A DNA stretch of 57,882 bases, filler included, from Sphacelaria rigidula (GCA_964200075.2; 8 parts of 8 records of this genome joined end to end with filler, not necessarily neighbours in it); one strand, 5' to 3'; positions 33,050 through 46,253 are shown, counted from the first letter of the whole stretch. Program-made: numbers and translations. Notes: generated by a model not told the origin, from the letters alone.

Positions 33050-34681
33050 CTGTTGAAACGGTGCAGGAGTGCAACGAGGCAGGTATCCGGTTTTATATAC
33101 AGTAGCTCAAAAAGACGACAAAACCTAGAGCAAATACTTGCACAAACTTATCTTAAAATGAGAAGTGAGTGGATCTTGATGATGAACAGCTCCATCGGAC
33201 GAAAACATCATCAAAATGATTTGCAGGCTTGATATGATCGCGGACCATGAAGATTGCTCAAGATTCTTGGACGAGATCATTCGCAGATACCAAATGTTGG
33301 AGAAAAACTATACATATCCTTGTAGGCGCACAACATGGCAACTGTGAATCTACTACTGTGAGTTTCAGAAAGAAACAAAATGGAATTCATTTTATTTCTA
33401 GATAAAAACGAGTTGGAAACTGGGGAAAGCAATGACTCGACCCCCCCCCCCCTCCCCAATTCCCGTCACGACATGGGGGTTAAGTGCGATAATGGCAAAA
33501 TGACTCAGGCCTTAGATCACGTCTTATCCTTCATTCTACCAATATTTAATATCGGACGTGCTTCACTCTATTCTTATAGTACAGTATTGATGTTGTACCA
33601 GGTATTATATTATATTATATTATATTGTTCTTATAAATGAAGATTATGTTTGAACGGCTTCCCCGCACACAGGCGTGACAGTGACGATGCCTGACAGCGC
33701 AGCATTTCTCCGCACTCCGACGCACCAGCTGCCAGAATTTCATTCTCCCGTTTCTCGATGATGAACCGCATCTCCTGTTTTTGTCTGGGAATTTGCGCTC
33801 TCGGTGAGGAATTTCACGGAATTTCACGCGTTCTGCCACTTCGGCACCACTGACTATTTCACCCCCCTCGTTCGTTTTCTCTCAGGGAACCCGTCACTCA
33901 GGGAACCCGTCACTCTGAGACGAAGGACCTCGCTAGCCGTTTGCCTCTCCTTCGTGCTAGTGACCACCGCTGTTCACCAGCGAATCTCACGCTTCTCTTC
34001 TTGGAAATTAGCGCAACCTGTTACCCCGGCACCTCTCGGAACTTTTACTCAAAAGAGGCCTTTCTCCGTAATAAATGCCATCTCCGGCTGTCCGTCCGCA
34101 CCTCTTTCGCTGTTGGCCACATCTACCTCCATCACTACTCAACTTGTCTCCGTTCTTTAGCATTTTGTTTTGTTTGGGGCTCACAGCGTGCAGCGCCGTG
34201 GCGCGAAGGTGCCCCGTACATCCGAGGGTAGTGTGCTATGACAACCAGGGGGAAGGCAGTATGAAAACCCGACCTTTGTCAAGGAAAAATGATGCCGATT
34301 CCACAAATCAACACCTCTCACGCTAAAGGTGTTTACCGGAAGCTCGTGGCCTGGTGGGGAATGCGGCATCGAGCACATTCACAGTGAGTTCTTCAGTACA
34401 TCAGAGCCACGCTGTGGCGCGAACGTGCCCGGTCTACCCGAGAGTAGTGTGTTTATGACAACCACAAGTGAAAGCCAGTGCGACAGTTCGCAGGCGGATC
34501 GCTGCTGGCCATTTTTATGCCTCGAGACTTTCTATTTGGAGTCGTAAGGTGTGACTTCTTCGCGGACCGTGTCTCATAACAGGGTATTTCCTACAGTAAT
34601 ATCATGGCCGTGGATTGCATGTACCTCAGATTGGGGGGGCCAAAGAGTTCCAGAAAAATTCTCGCTTCTCGGCTTTTGCGT

Positions 34682-35443
34682 AGTCGGATAGCCATGGGCG
34701 GTGGAAGTGCCCCACCGACGCCGAGCACGTCGACAACGATTTCTTCTGCAAATCATTTCAGTCGCCTACCTGCTGTACTGCTGTGTATGGCTGTATATGG
34801 CCCATGATGAACTACAGTCGCGGTCAAACGATTGACCATTTGACCGCGAAATAAGTTATCTGTTGAATCGGCATTAATTTCACTTGAAAAAGTATGCTTG
34901 ATTCCGATGACCGACGCTCGGAGTCAAACGGTTAACCCTTTGACCGCGAGGGTAGGCCATCTGCTGAATCGGCATCATTTTTACTGGGTAAAGTATGCGT
35001 GATTCAGATGGACTACCTGCATCGGATAGCCGTGGTCAGCGGTGGTTTGCAACACCGGGCACGTTGACAACGATTTCTTCCGCACATCATTTCAATCGCC
35101 TACCTGCTGTACCGCTGTGTATGGCTGTATATGACCCATGATGAACTACCGCCGCGGTCAAACGGTTAACCCGTTGACAGCGAGAGTGGGCCATCTGTTG
35201 AATGGGCATCAATTACATCTGAAAAAGTATGCTTGATTCCGATGATCGACGCTCGCAGTCAAACGGTTAACCCTTTGACCGCGAGGATAGGTCACCTGCT
35301 GAATCGGCATCAATTTCACCGGAAAAAGTATGAGTGATCCAGATGGACTACCTGCATCGCGGTCTAACCGCCAGGTTAGGCCATCTGGACCATAGACGAT
35401 TCAACAGATGACCCATTATATATGGTGGCGGTCAAAGGGTTAG
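34682..35443. mobile_element. Tandem array of piggyBac-like MITEs joined by TTAA, with an approximately 335-bp higher-order duplication
   Basis: Junctions (CGCG)GTCAAACGG-TTAA-CCCTTTGACCGCG at 34832 (TTGA), 34932, 35166 and 35267. Terminal GGTCAAAGGG-TTAG at 35430-35443. Confidence 0.7.
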
Positions 35444-36140
35444 ATTATGTGGTATCATTAACACGACACATGCACCGGCACAATATATCCACGCACCTAC
35501 ATCTGAGCGCACCGAGCAACTCTTGGTCACTGCGCTCTTGGGAACATTGCAAGAGTCGTACAGTGAGATGAAGCAATAATGTCACAGTACTACTGTACAC
35601 ACGCAGTTTGCAAACAGTGTAGTGGTGTACTGTGTTCAAACATCCAACTACCAGAGAATGAAATATGTCGTGTTGAATTAAATGATGTAATCCACCGGTC
35701 GTTTTCTGCGTCACAAAGGGCATGTTTTCCCAAGTACCCGAAAGTAGCTGTGATTTGGTGCCGAACATATGGGGCATACCTTTCGCTATATATACGGGGA
35801 GTTCAACCACGACCTAAAGTTTGAACGGGATTGCTTAACCCTTTGACCGTGACGGTAGGTAGGTCATCTGGCTGGAATAACATGTCTGCGAGATTGAGAA
35901 CGAATTTTGCTTTCGAAACGAGAGGTTTTTCCCTATTTATAACAAGGCGGTCTAATCGCCCGAAACGACCGTCACCCCCTGAAGGCCCGTAATCTGAAGG
36001 GGAATTCAGCGCAACCAGATGTAAAATCGCGGTGACGCCTTCCACGAGATACGGCTGAATTGTGCATCCCCCCCCCCCCCCCCCCCTGTACAATAAACAC
36101 CACACAACCTCCACCCACAAAGCTCCCCTCAAATAATTTT

Positions 36141-36240
36141 NNNNNNNNNNNNNNNNNNNNNNNNNNNNNNNNNNNNNNNNNNNNTTAATTAATTAANNNN
36201 NNNNNNNNNNNNNNNNNNNNNNNNNNNNNNNNNNNNNNNN
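36141..36240. other. Artificial contig linker
   Basis: 44N-TTAATTAATTAA-44N. Confidence 0.98.
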
Positions 36241-36986
36241 GTTTGGTAGGGATAGGTGCAAGATTTGAACAGCAGCTGTTCACGTAATCACGAACACCAT
36301 TTCCTATCACGCATAAAAACTCTTTGTCACCAGTCGTCAGCCACTGTGCTGTAAAGTTCGACAGGTGCTGCACTGGTGCGGAGTGCGGAGTGCGGAGGTG
36401 TGAGATTGAACCTTGCCGTTACCGGCAACGGGTGTGTTTGAGAATATCCATCACCCACCACACACAAAACAATCGACAACAACGCCGAATTCACCTCCGT
36501 TTCAATGATTTGGAGGCGTATTCCCTTGCTTATCCGGCTAAACCGGTTGAAAAAACCCCGGTTCAACCGGTTTTTGTTTTTCAAAATAACGCCTCCTTAT
36601 CCGGTAACGGATTTTTCGATTTTCCTATCCGGTGCCCACCTCCAGCCCACACATACAGCATGTTGTAGATTGGCATCCAAAATAGATGGTATGACACACA
36701 CGCACACATCAAATTATGCGGTGTCTTGGCAGAAAAAACTATCTATAGATTATGACAAGCGACAATTTCCCGAGTGCTCTTTGTTTCCGAGTTGGGGTGT
36801 TTCTGCTGGCCTGACCTTACGCAAAGTACGCTGTACTCGTGTTGTCATACTGTATGCACTGCTTGTAGTGTACAGCTTCCTTTTGTCTTCCGCATGGGTT
36901 GAGTGTGTGTGTAGCTTGGAGTTTATGTGTGCTTGTGCTCATGTACAGCTTTTTTCTAATTCATTGTCCGTCAAACCCCCATGCAG

Positions 36987-37141
36987 GCTCACGAGCTGCT
37001 CGCCAAGGATGTCTCCACAAACTCCTCCGACCCAGTGGCGATCCTGAAGTTAGGCGGCCAGGTCAGGCGCACCAAGACCATCAACGCCAACCTGTACCCC
37101 TCGTGGGAGGAGACGTTCGAGTTCCCATGCACGAGTTCAGG
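36987..37141 (+). CDS. C2-domain protein, exon a
   Basis: ATGCAG|AHELLAKDVSTNSSDPVAILKLGGQVRRTKTINANLYPSWEETFEF...GG|GTAAG, matching the C2 consensus. Confidence 0.9.
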
Positions 37142-37934
37142 GTAAGGAGGCGTATATCTCTCGCTTTTTTGAATATTACGTATCCTAGATTACGGAGTAT
37201 GTCAGCCGGGTGGATACCTAAAGCCCAATGTAGATGGATATTCCATTTTCTCTGGATAAGTTACTTCCGTATAAAAGAGTAAATTTCGTAAAAGTTTCCG
37301 TCGTGGATAATCACTCTTTCACATAGGCGATACTGGGAACACACTCCCACCCTCTCCCTCCCGCGCGCCCGCGCTGATTGTTGGATGGGAGTCGATGGTC
37401 TGCTGAAGTGCTTATCCAAAACTCGATGTTAAAGCTCAAGACAAGCATGAAAAGCATGAGGAGAGGGGTGGCTTGATCACTCGAGAGTACATTGAAGGAC
37501 TTACGGACTGGGACTACGGAAGTCGCGGGGGGGGGGGAGGGGGAGTCATAAAAAACAAAAAGCAAAAAAGAGCAGCAGTCTTGCACAGTCACAAGATACC
37601 GTTCGTCGAATGATCGTGAGAAACATTCCTAATGACAAATCTCCCGGCGGCTTGCGTTAAGTTTGCCACAGTATGCGAGAAAAATCGGGGGCGCCTACGG
37701 GGACGGGGGCGGGAGCGGGGGGTAGGGGGGGGGAGCTTGTCCTCTCGAGGTCTGTAGTTGATATTATAATATCAAATTGCAACCTTCGACGAGAGTACTT
37801 CGGAGTGGCGAATTGCACCCGTGTGGATTGTGTAGTGTGGAGGGTAAGACGCTGATTTTTGCTTGCCCGGGAAGTTTTCTCTCGCCTGTATGAAGCGTGT
37901 GTTTGTATGTGGTCATTTTTTTCGGCCCTGTTCA

Positions 37935-38095
37935 CGCTTTTGGGACCGGATTCCCAGAAACATGGTGTTTGCACGCAGGGGTCCTTCTGTTACTTGGTAT
38001 CATCGTCGGTTGTTTTCAAGTGAAAATGATGCCGATTCACAAAAAAAAACCTTGCGTGCAAACACCATGCCTCTGGGAGTCCGATCCCAGAAGGG
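37935..38095. mobile_element. piggyBac-like MITE (intronic)
   Basis: TTCA|CGCTTTTGGGACCGGATTCCCAGA ... TCTGGGAGTCCGATCCCAGAAGGG|TTAA. Internal AAAATGATGCCGATTC is shared with the 34.7-35.4 kb units. Confidence 0.65.
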
Positions 38096-38376
38096 TTAAT
38101 CCGTCGCCGTCGTTCCCGACACCCCATGCTACTTATCTACTTGTTATCCCGGGAAATGCACCTGTTTCCGATGCTGTACTGTTGTGCGGTGCGCGCTGAA
38201 GGTTGAAACCTTTAGTGTCGATGAAGCAAGAACTTACTATGATGAAGACTGCGTTCTTGGTTCTGTCCCGCCACACCCGCAAGTTACCCACCCCACTCCA
38301 CCCTCCCGCCCCCACACGCCTGCGTTATTTTCTCTTTTGTTCGACGGCCCAAAATGATTTTAATGTTTGGCTTTAC

Positions 38377-38379
<3 letters not shown>

Positions 38380-38409
<30 letters not shown>
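38380..38409. repeat. (CAA)10 microsatellite
   Basis: Directly visible, just upstream of a splice acceptor. Confidence 0.95.
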
Positions 38410-38411
<2 letters not shown>

Positions 38412-38430
38412 ACGTCAACGACCTTTGAAG

Positions 38431-38541
38431 GGAGTCGCTGGAGATCACGATAGAAGACGTGGACCCCATCGTGAACGAATTCCTGGGGTTTGTCAGCATT
38501 CTTTTGGGGGACCTTGCGGACAAGAAAAAGATCAGACAGTG
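38431..38541 (+). CDS. C2-domain protein, exon b
   Basis: TTGAAG|(G)ESLEITIEDVDPIVNEFLGFVSILLGDLADKKKIRQ(W)|GTGAGT. Phase 2-2. Confidence 0.9.
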
Positions 38542-39007
38542 GTGAGTGCGATACCGATGATTCATTTCCACCCCCGCCGGGAATAGACCCCTCTTCGGTT
38601 TGCGGAGTACGTCACCGTAGCTCTGGGCAGCAGAAACACCCTTTTTTTGTCCGCATTGCTAAAAGGGCTAAGCCATGGCGAATGACTTCCGAAGATGGCC
38701 GTAACATGTACAAAATACCATCTTGTTTTATATTGCGAACCACGGCTGGATCTTTGCCGGTGAGTTGATGTGCGACGCGCTCAATCAATGAAGTCGAACG
38801 GGTTAATCGAATGAATCATCCCGTCGGTTGTGGAAGGGAACAGGGTGGCGGGCACGGCAAAGGTATCACTATATTGTTGCCGTTGCTGATAAAATGCGAA
38901 CGCATTGTGATACATTCGCATCTGTCAATCCAATAATCGGTCTTCATGCAATACACTCAACCCCATCAGGGGGGTACTTACTGTGCTTGAAGTTCTCTAT
39001 TCCATGG

Positions 39008-39670
39008 CCCTCGTCCCGCGCCTTAGACGGAGGGGATGCGTGGTCAATGGTCAAACGACTAGGGCAAGAAACAAATGAGTACGCCTCCCCCTCCCCCCTC
39101 TCCCCCCCCTGAGCTTAATCTGGCGTAAAGCCGGCGTGCTCCGTCCCGGCTTTGTACGGACGGACCCCCTAAAGGATTGGGGTCAGTTGGCAATGACGCT
39201 GAGAAACACGCCACTCACTGCGTAAGCTAGGCAACCATGATACCGTTTTATTGTGCGCGCTTGCGTTTTTATTGCGGTAACTATGATGGTGTTCGAGCTA
39301 GATCATATTGTGCGGGGTGGGAAAACCTCAACTCCGCGCAAAGAGGATGGTCATACTACGTGGTGTTTGGTGAGCCAACGATGAGGCAGTGTGTAAGTCG
39401 TGGCTGTCTCTGGACCAGAAATTGAAGCAACTCATTGTAGGCTGTCATCCAAATGCAAGATAATCAGGAGGCCTCGCGCCGAACAATCTTGGCAGCATGC
39501 AGCTAGCTCACCCTGCATGCGACTCGTCGAACACACCACAGCGCTTGGCGCTCGGTGATTGGTTGGGAGCCGGGTTCGGCGAAAACCCGGCGTGCTCCGT
39601 CCCGGCTTTTGTAGGGATGCGAGGTCAGTGCTCATATGACTACGGCATGCATGATCATGAGTACCCACCC
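39008..39670 (-). mobile_element. Poly-G-docked family: full body, G tract, then ACTCATTTG module (intronic)
   Basis: Colinear with 26477-27052, including both copies of the internal direct repeat. Confidence 0.75.
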
Positions 39671-39777
39671 TCAACCGCCTTTCGAGCTTCTCTTTTCACC
39701 GCGGCCATCCACACATCGACGCGCTCGAAATATTTGAACTCACCCCAAACGCCCTGACACGACGTGATACGAGACAG

Positions 39778-39940
39778 GTTTGACCTGAAACTCAAGTCAG
39801 GAGATCTGCCTCCTGGGGAGGAGAGGGGCTCGGTGGAGCTCACGACCCAGTGGTTCTACAATCCCGACGTGGCGAGCGGTGCCCCGAAGAAGAAGTCGGC
39901 TTTCATTAGCCTCAGTCATCATAAAGACTCCGATACCGAG
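39778..39940 (+). CDS. C2-domain protein, exon c
   Basis: GACAG|(W)FDLKLKSGDLPPGEERGSVELTTQWFYNPD...DSDTE|GTATG, which completes the C2 fold. Confidence 0.85.
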
Positions 39941-40084
39941 GTATGATATACGCATAATATATGTACTTTTACTGCACCGCTTTGCTGTAGTCTAGTATCT
40001 TACAATTTTTCCCAGTGATTTTTTCTCCCTGGCGATGTTGGTGGTCCGATATTTTTTTCCTACTGAAGGTTTGGGTTCTGAGCA

Positions 40085-40219
40085 CACCCTGGACAAAAGA
40101 ATACAGAGTCAAAAAGTGTACTGGGTACAGTATCGACTATTGCGCCTATCGCAATAGGCAATATATTCCATACTGTACGCAGTACATTTTTCGTACAAAA
40201 TAATCCTTTGTCCAGGGTG
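40085..40219. mobile_element. CACCCTGGACAAA-TIR MITE (best-preserved copy)
   Basis: 13-bp perfect TIRs, with TA directly after the right end. Confidence 0.8.
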
Positions 40220-41450
40220 TAGTTCTGAGAGTCTTTATATCAAGTTCGGGAGAGAAGGTTAGTTCGCTCTGCAGCCCGCCGCAGTAGGTGTGGTACCCCC
40301 ACGCTGAAGGAGTAGTGGTATTGATGATGCGTTGTGGCCTGTGGATTTTCTGCCTTTCGACCGCGGGTCGGTCGCGGGTGTGAATAGCGGGGCTGGTGTG
40401 ATGGGGGAGGAAAAATGCATGTATGCTTGCATCCACTCTGCGCACACACGTTTTGTTCTTGGAACAAAACTTTTGAGTGTTGTTTCCCGCTTGGTGTTAT
40501 GCATGTACAGATGTATCAAGCAGTATGAGTCGCCGTGGAGAGCTTTGAACAGGATGTGGCAACCGCCGCCCGCCGCTTGTGACCTTGGATATTGTCCTCA
40601 TCACCTCGCCACACAGCCCTTTGTGGTCGGCGTGGGCCTCGATTTCCCTCTTCGTTGCAAGCGGCATATTCTCTTCGAACGGCATGGGCGTTGCGCCGCA
40701 GATACAGTGCAGTGCAGCACGCCTTTCCGAATGCAGCAGCAGCTGCCGCTGCAATCTCCTCACATGTTCTGGGCAGTTCTCCGCGACGGAGATCAGCTGC
40801 CTATACACAGCTTGTTTGTTACCGTCGATTACATACGACCTCACCGCCGCTTGTACCGCCTCGACAGGGGGATACGCAGAACTCATGCCCCGAGCTCCGT
40901 CTCTCGTCCTACAGCGTTGCCAGATTCAGTCGCCTTGTGAACATGACCACATATATAATAGGGTACACTTCTTCCCGAATTTCTTCTGAGAACTACGTGT
41001 TAGTGTTATCAACTAGGATTTACTATAGGATGGTGACCCGAAAAAAAACGGGGGATGGGAGGTCGGGCCTACATAAAATGCAAGGAAATGATTGAAGAAT
41101 TCGGGAATCTGAGCCCCGACAACTTGGGGTGACTCTTGCTTCGAAGGCTTTTTTATGGGCCAGGGAGAGGGTACACCAACTTTGTAGTGACATCACTCCC
41201 GGCGACAGCCCCCCCCCACTGGTGGTTCTGATGATGTCGATAAATTTCGCCTCGCCCTGATTGGCCAGGTCGCCCCCAGACTTTTTTATTATTATCTTAG
41301 TAACACATGGTGAACCCCTTGTTAGTGAGCTTCAGTCCCAAAAGGGTTAATCGTCTATTGCATCTATTCACCATATATTGTCATTATCCAGCGTGTGGCA
41401 TTTTGGTCATTATCCAGGAAAGGCTCATAGAGGGCAGAATGGAGGAAGGA

Positions 41451-41520
41451 GGGTGTGGGCGAGAACGGACGGGTGTGGGCGAGAACGGACGGGTGTGGGC
41501 GAGAACGGACGGGTGGGGGC
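41451..41520. repeat. 20-bp minisatellite x3.5
   Basis: GGGTGTGGGCGAGAACGGAC repeated. Confidence 0.9.
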
Positions 41521-41759
41521 GAGGGGGGGCTGTTTGGTTGCTGTGTTTTAGCGGAGCCACCCATGACATGTATTCGCTTGTTTGTCCTTTACTTTCGATA
41601 TGGCCGGTGGGTCCCCGCCTTCGAATTTCCCCACGTTTTTTGTTCTTGCTTTGTTTGACGAACACGTTTCATGCAATCATATGATGCCTTCTTCCTTTTG
41701 TTTCTTTCTTTTCAATATGTGCGTTTTTTTTTTTCTTGCCTCGCCCCCCGAATAAAAAG

Positions 41760-41903
41760 GATGACGAAATGGAGAAGAACGATCCCAATATGCAGCTGCA
41801 ACCGACGGAGGGTGATGCTGAAGCTGACCCAGAGGCCATGGAGAGGAGGGCCGCAGAGAGAGAGGCGCAGAGGAAATTGCTAGAGGAGCTGCACGACTTC
41901 AAG
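41760..41903 (+). CDS. C2-domain protein, exon d (acidic linker and helix)
   Basis: Pyrimidine tract, then AAG|DDEMEKNDPNMQ...ERRAAEREAQRKLLEELHDFK|GTGCG. Phase 0-0. Confidence 0.75.
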
Positions 41904-43388
41904 GTGCGGTACCGTAGGGTCAGTTGAATTGTCACAGTAGAGCAGTCGCGAACTAAGTATCGTAAAAAAAACGTGGTGTGCAGTACCTGGATGACCTTCA
42001 ACGCTGATAATGACGATTTGTCCAAAGGTTGTGTTCTGCAGGTAGGGTACACCCGGAAGTGGGGGATTTGTAGTTGGCATACTGCTCTAGTCTCGGTTAC
42101 GTCTATCATGTAGATGATGACCACGGCTGGATCCCTGGGGGGTCATCTCCGCGGGGTTAGTGAAAATGAGGCTTGTACTTCTTATGCTAGTACGGGGTCT
42201 GCAAAAATCGTTTATCTTGAAAATAGGGATGCGTCGCATGTACTCACCATGGGAAGATCCTGATCCATAATGTTGTGTAGCTTCTTACTCTGGGAACCCC
42301 TTAATGAGAAATATCTGGGCCCGAGTGTGCACTCCCTGCCGTGGCATGACTTTTTTTTTACATTTTTGACCTTGGTTCCCCCGGCGCCCGTCCGTGACAT
42401 ATCACACCCAGAGCGACACAATTAACCCCTTCGGCAAACTTTTATCTACGAATAGAAAAAAAAAGCTTGTCCGAGCGTGGTCTTGAGAAAATATATGTTC
42501 GACGTCATGGGAAGGAAAAAAAGAACAGAAACACCACATGTGGGGATTAGATGGGAGTACACACGCTTGGAGAAAAAAATCGCGTCATCTGAGGCCCCAC
42601 TGTTGTGCGTTAGCCGTCGTCGCTCACTCACTCGATCACGATTGAGAGGAGGAGCATTTGGTTGATATTGATGATAGTCCGCATAGTATTTTGGGGTGAA
42701 AAGAAAAATCACTTTCATTTTGTTTTGCAGTGCAGTGCAGAACGGTCCCGGCGAAACGTTGGCGCGGCTTATTTGCAAGTGGGGGTATGCAAATGAAAGC
42801 GGGCAGGTCGCGAACCCCGGTGGGACCAAATGCACAATGAACCCACTTTCAAATATTGTATACATGAAACAACAGTTGGACTCCACAGCAGTCCACAGCA
42901 GGGTAGAAATAAATCTCGTCGTAGGACAGGAGACCACGCCCGTAGGTCGCGATGAGCTAGCTCTCTGTTCGATACTGACGAGCCAGCAGTCGTACTGTGT
43001 TCGCGGCCAGCCAAGCACCGCGCGATTGTATCGGTGCTCTGAAGACACCGACTGTACGTGCAGCAGCTGCGGCCAACCGAGCACTGCGCATGCTGGATTG
43101 TATGGACGCTGTGAAGATAACGAGTGTGTATGCAAGCAACTGGTTACATGTAGCAGCTGCTGGCTATAGATCAAACCGCCATATCATGTTAATGCGGTTT
43201 TCCACACGAGGACACGCTGTCTGTACACTATACATTGTTCAGACTATCCAGGCGGCAGTAGTAGTGGTGTTCCTGTATCAAAGCACTTGAGTAATGCCGC
43301 GATAGCCCCCCCCCCCCCCCGGCCCCGCACACAAAAGCGCCCGCCCAGGCAGGGCGACCCAGGACACACAAGCGACGCCTAGTGGCAT

Positions 43389-43488
43389 NNNNNNNNNNNN
43401 NNNNNNNNNNNNNNNNNNNNNNNNNNNNNNNNTTAATTAATTAANNNNNNNNNNNNNNNNNNNNNNNNNNNNNNNNNNNNNNNNNNNN
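43389..43488. other. Artificial contig linker
   Basis: 44N-TTAATTAATTAA-44N. Confidence 0.98.
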
Positions 43489-44985
43489 AGTAAAGGATTG
43501 TATAGTGTGTCGCACGTAAGGCACCTCCCGGTGATTATCATGCACGCGCCACGACTGTTTTGTGTGTTGTGTGGAGGGTGGGGGTATCACACAAACTGAG
43601 GACACAGAAACGAGAGACTTGTCCGTGTTATGAGTAATGGTTTTAATAATATTCGCATGACCAATATATATAAGCATCGATGAGTTATCGTTTAGTACTC
43701 ACCCACTCGGAATGTGCACCGCTGAGTCACGGATTTATACCTCACCTGGCCAAATTTTGCATCGCTGAGTTCAGTGCACTCTGTCGTGTCGGGAGTGAAC
43801 ACCGCAGGCGTCTGAACACGAAAATGTATTCATTACAGGCTGGTTTACGGTGATCACCCGAAATTGTGTCATCAGTCAATGTCTCTCGCAATATGCACCC
43901 AATGGTCACATACATGATATCATACTGACCGCAATGAAAAGACGAAGCGGGTGACATTACCGGAATTTTGTTCGAGGCCGTGGCGGTTGAGCTATCGACG
44001 AAAATGTGTCGCAGCGCCCTTCAAACTGTTGCGATATCTAAATTTCGAATACCAAGCCCATCATCACCCAATCTCTACTTACATCAAATCGTAGAAACCA
44101 TATTGACACGGGAATCTCACGAGAATAATATTTTTTGAACGGATACTACGAGAGTCGAATTATACCTGAAACCGTCGTGTTTTGGTGATGTCGGGTGTTG
44201 GCGTCGTCTAATTTCTACCTATGATACGCACGAAAGTCCGAGGGAGCCTTGTGACGGTGTCCCCTATATCCGTTGTTGAAATGCTCGGATCGCCCTCAAA
44301 CTCGGCAATTCCGTAGGTAATATGCCAAAGATGAAAAAAAGAGTATTTGACAAAAGGTCATATTTTCTCCGCTCTCTACCGGCTTCCGGGGGTCCCAGCA
44401 TGAGAAGCCCCGGAAGGCTGTCCAAAACGCCCTCGAAGAAAATTAATGAAGGGATGCGTCCCGGGAGAGTCTGAGGAACGCATGTACGAAGTTTGATGAG
44501 AAAAACCGAAAACTTCATACAGTTGTTCTTGCCTTACGTCAACTTCACCCCGAAAGACGTTTCTATACCAAAACCAAGTAGTCCTCCACAAACGCGCAAA
44601 CTCCCTCTGTCATGGGGAGTTGAATCCTGGAACTTCGCATAAATGTGCTCTGTAATGTCACGCAAGTTTCCATGTACGGATGGTTTTTGTTCGAGTTTCT
44701 TGCCGGCTTTCGGGGTCCGACGGGATCGAAATCGTTTTTCGAAGTCGGAAGACGATGCCTCGTCGACGAGAAGACTAGACCCTGCAGGTGATGAGTGGTG
44801 CAAGCAGGGAGCACTGCTTCGACGTGGTTTGAGCAGTACTTCTGGATAGCAGTATGATGGTATAAGAGGTACCTCCTGATGACATTAATCCGTTGCTACA
44901 AATGCTGATGTTGTGTTGTAACAGAAGAAAACGCGACCCCTCGCAAACTTGCTTCCCTATCCACGCCCCACAGGCCTCCTCTACA

Positions 44986-45142
44986 ATGGCTTCGTCGGAT
45001 CGTGACCTACTGCTTACCCTCACCCGTTGGGCTAAATGGTCCGATCGGGACACCAGTGCTGATATCTCGGATTGGAATGGGGTGACAGTCAACGACCAGG
45101 GCCGCGTAGTTGAGCTAGATCTGAGCAACAGCGGCCTCCGAG
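44986..45142 (+). CDS. LRR protein, first coding exon (N-cap and first LRR)
   Basis: MASSDRDLLLTL...DTSADISDWNGVTVNDQGRVVELDLSNSGLR then G|GTAAT, the N-terminus typical of brown algal LRR and LRR-ROCO proteins. Confidence 0.85.
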
Positions 45143-46253
45143 GTAATGGCAATTCAAGTGCTACGCTGGGACATGACTTGTTCTCTTTTGTACAACTTGG
45201 ACCTTTCCCGACAGTTGGTTTACCGAAAATGGTTTTATCCATGAAATTGTAAATCTTGCAGCACGCCACGCCGTTGGTTTTTTACGCTGCTTCAGTGTCT
45301 AGCCACCGGTGGACATGCCTCGTATGTCGAGTTCGCATTGCGCTCGCACGCGGTGTGCACACCGAAGCATGTCGACACCTCTGTATCTTACCTTGTTGCC
45401 CACCTCCTGAACACGCGTCACCCGTACCCCACATGGAAGTGTCTGACGGGTGCGTGCCGCTGTTGGACAGCGGGCCTTCGTCACCGCCACTTTAGGGTGC
45501 TGCACTTTGTCGTTTTTGTCGAACTATTTTAGACTTTCCAACCACGAACACGATTCGCACCGACTCAAAAGCGTTGGTGATTGATTTCCTCGTTGACATG
45601 AACGCGCCAACCCGCAGACGCTTTTCACAGCCATGCCCAGGGTAACGTTGCAAACCCTGTAATCCCAGCGGTCCTTTTCTTGCGACATCGAATGAACATC
45701 TTGGAAATACCGATAGTGTCCCCCGCTGTGTTGTAGCAGATACTTGCGGACTCATTTACAGCGGCCATAGTCACCTCCGCTACAATCTTATCCTTGTGTC
45801 TTCGGTTTCAGCAGGTCTTACCCCTCTGAATTGAGGGATGCGTCTCTTGAACTGTCATCTCGAACTATCGCTTTTGTCGAAGCATGCGATGTCGAACGGT
45901 CTTGGGTTTGAAATAATGAAGATAAGCCGCCGAAGAATCGGACAAGAATACTGGACTGCGATTGTGCTGCTCAGTATTGATTTATTTTCCATGAACTTTT
46001 GACTACTAATCAAATAAAGATGACTACTAATCAGGTTGAAATGAGAAAATCGATCCGGTTCCCGTGCTCGAAGAAATACTCACTTTAGAAAGCATCATCC
46101 ACTGTATATACCGCTTGGGACTTCGTACGGACCTGAGTATCGACCCTACTTCAGTACGGTGAGGCACTTGACATGGCGTTTAATCGTGCAGGAAAGATTG
46201 GCCCAGACCTTGGGGCTGACGGGCATCTTCCCCTCGAACGTTCTGCCGTGCAG

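Noticed and set aside
33690..33775. Upstream POLQ exon
   Set aside because: No frame resembles the expected motif B or FPGV region.
34819..35285. CRISPR-like array of 30-bp palindromic repeats
   Set aside because: The spacers are 70-200 bp and homologous to each other, there are no cas genes, the context is eukaryotic, and TTAA/CCC junctions explain it as MITEs.
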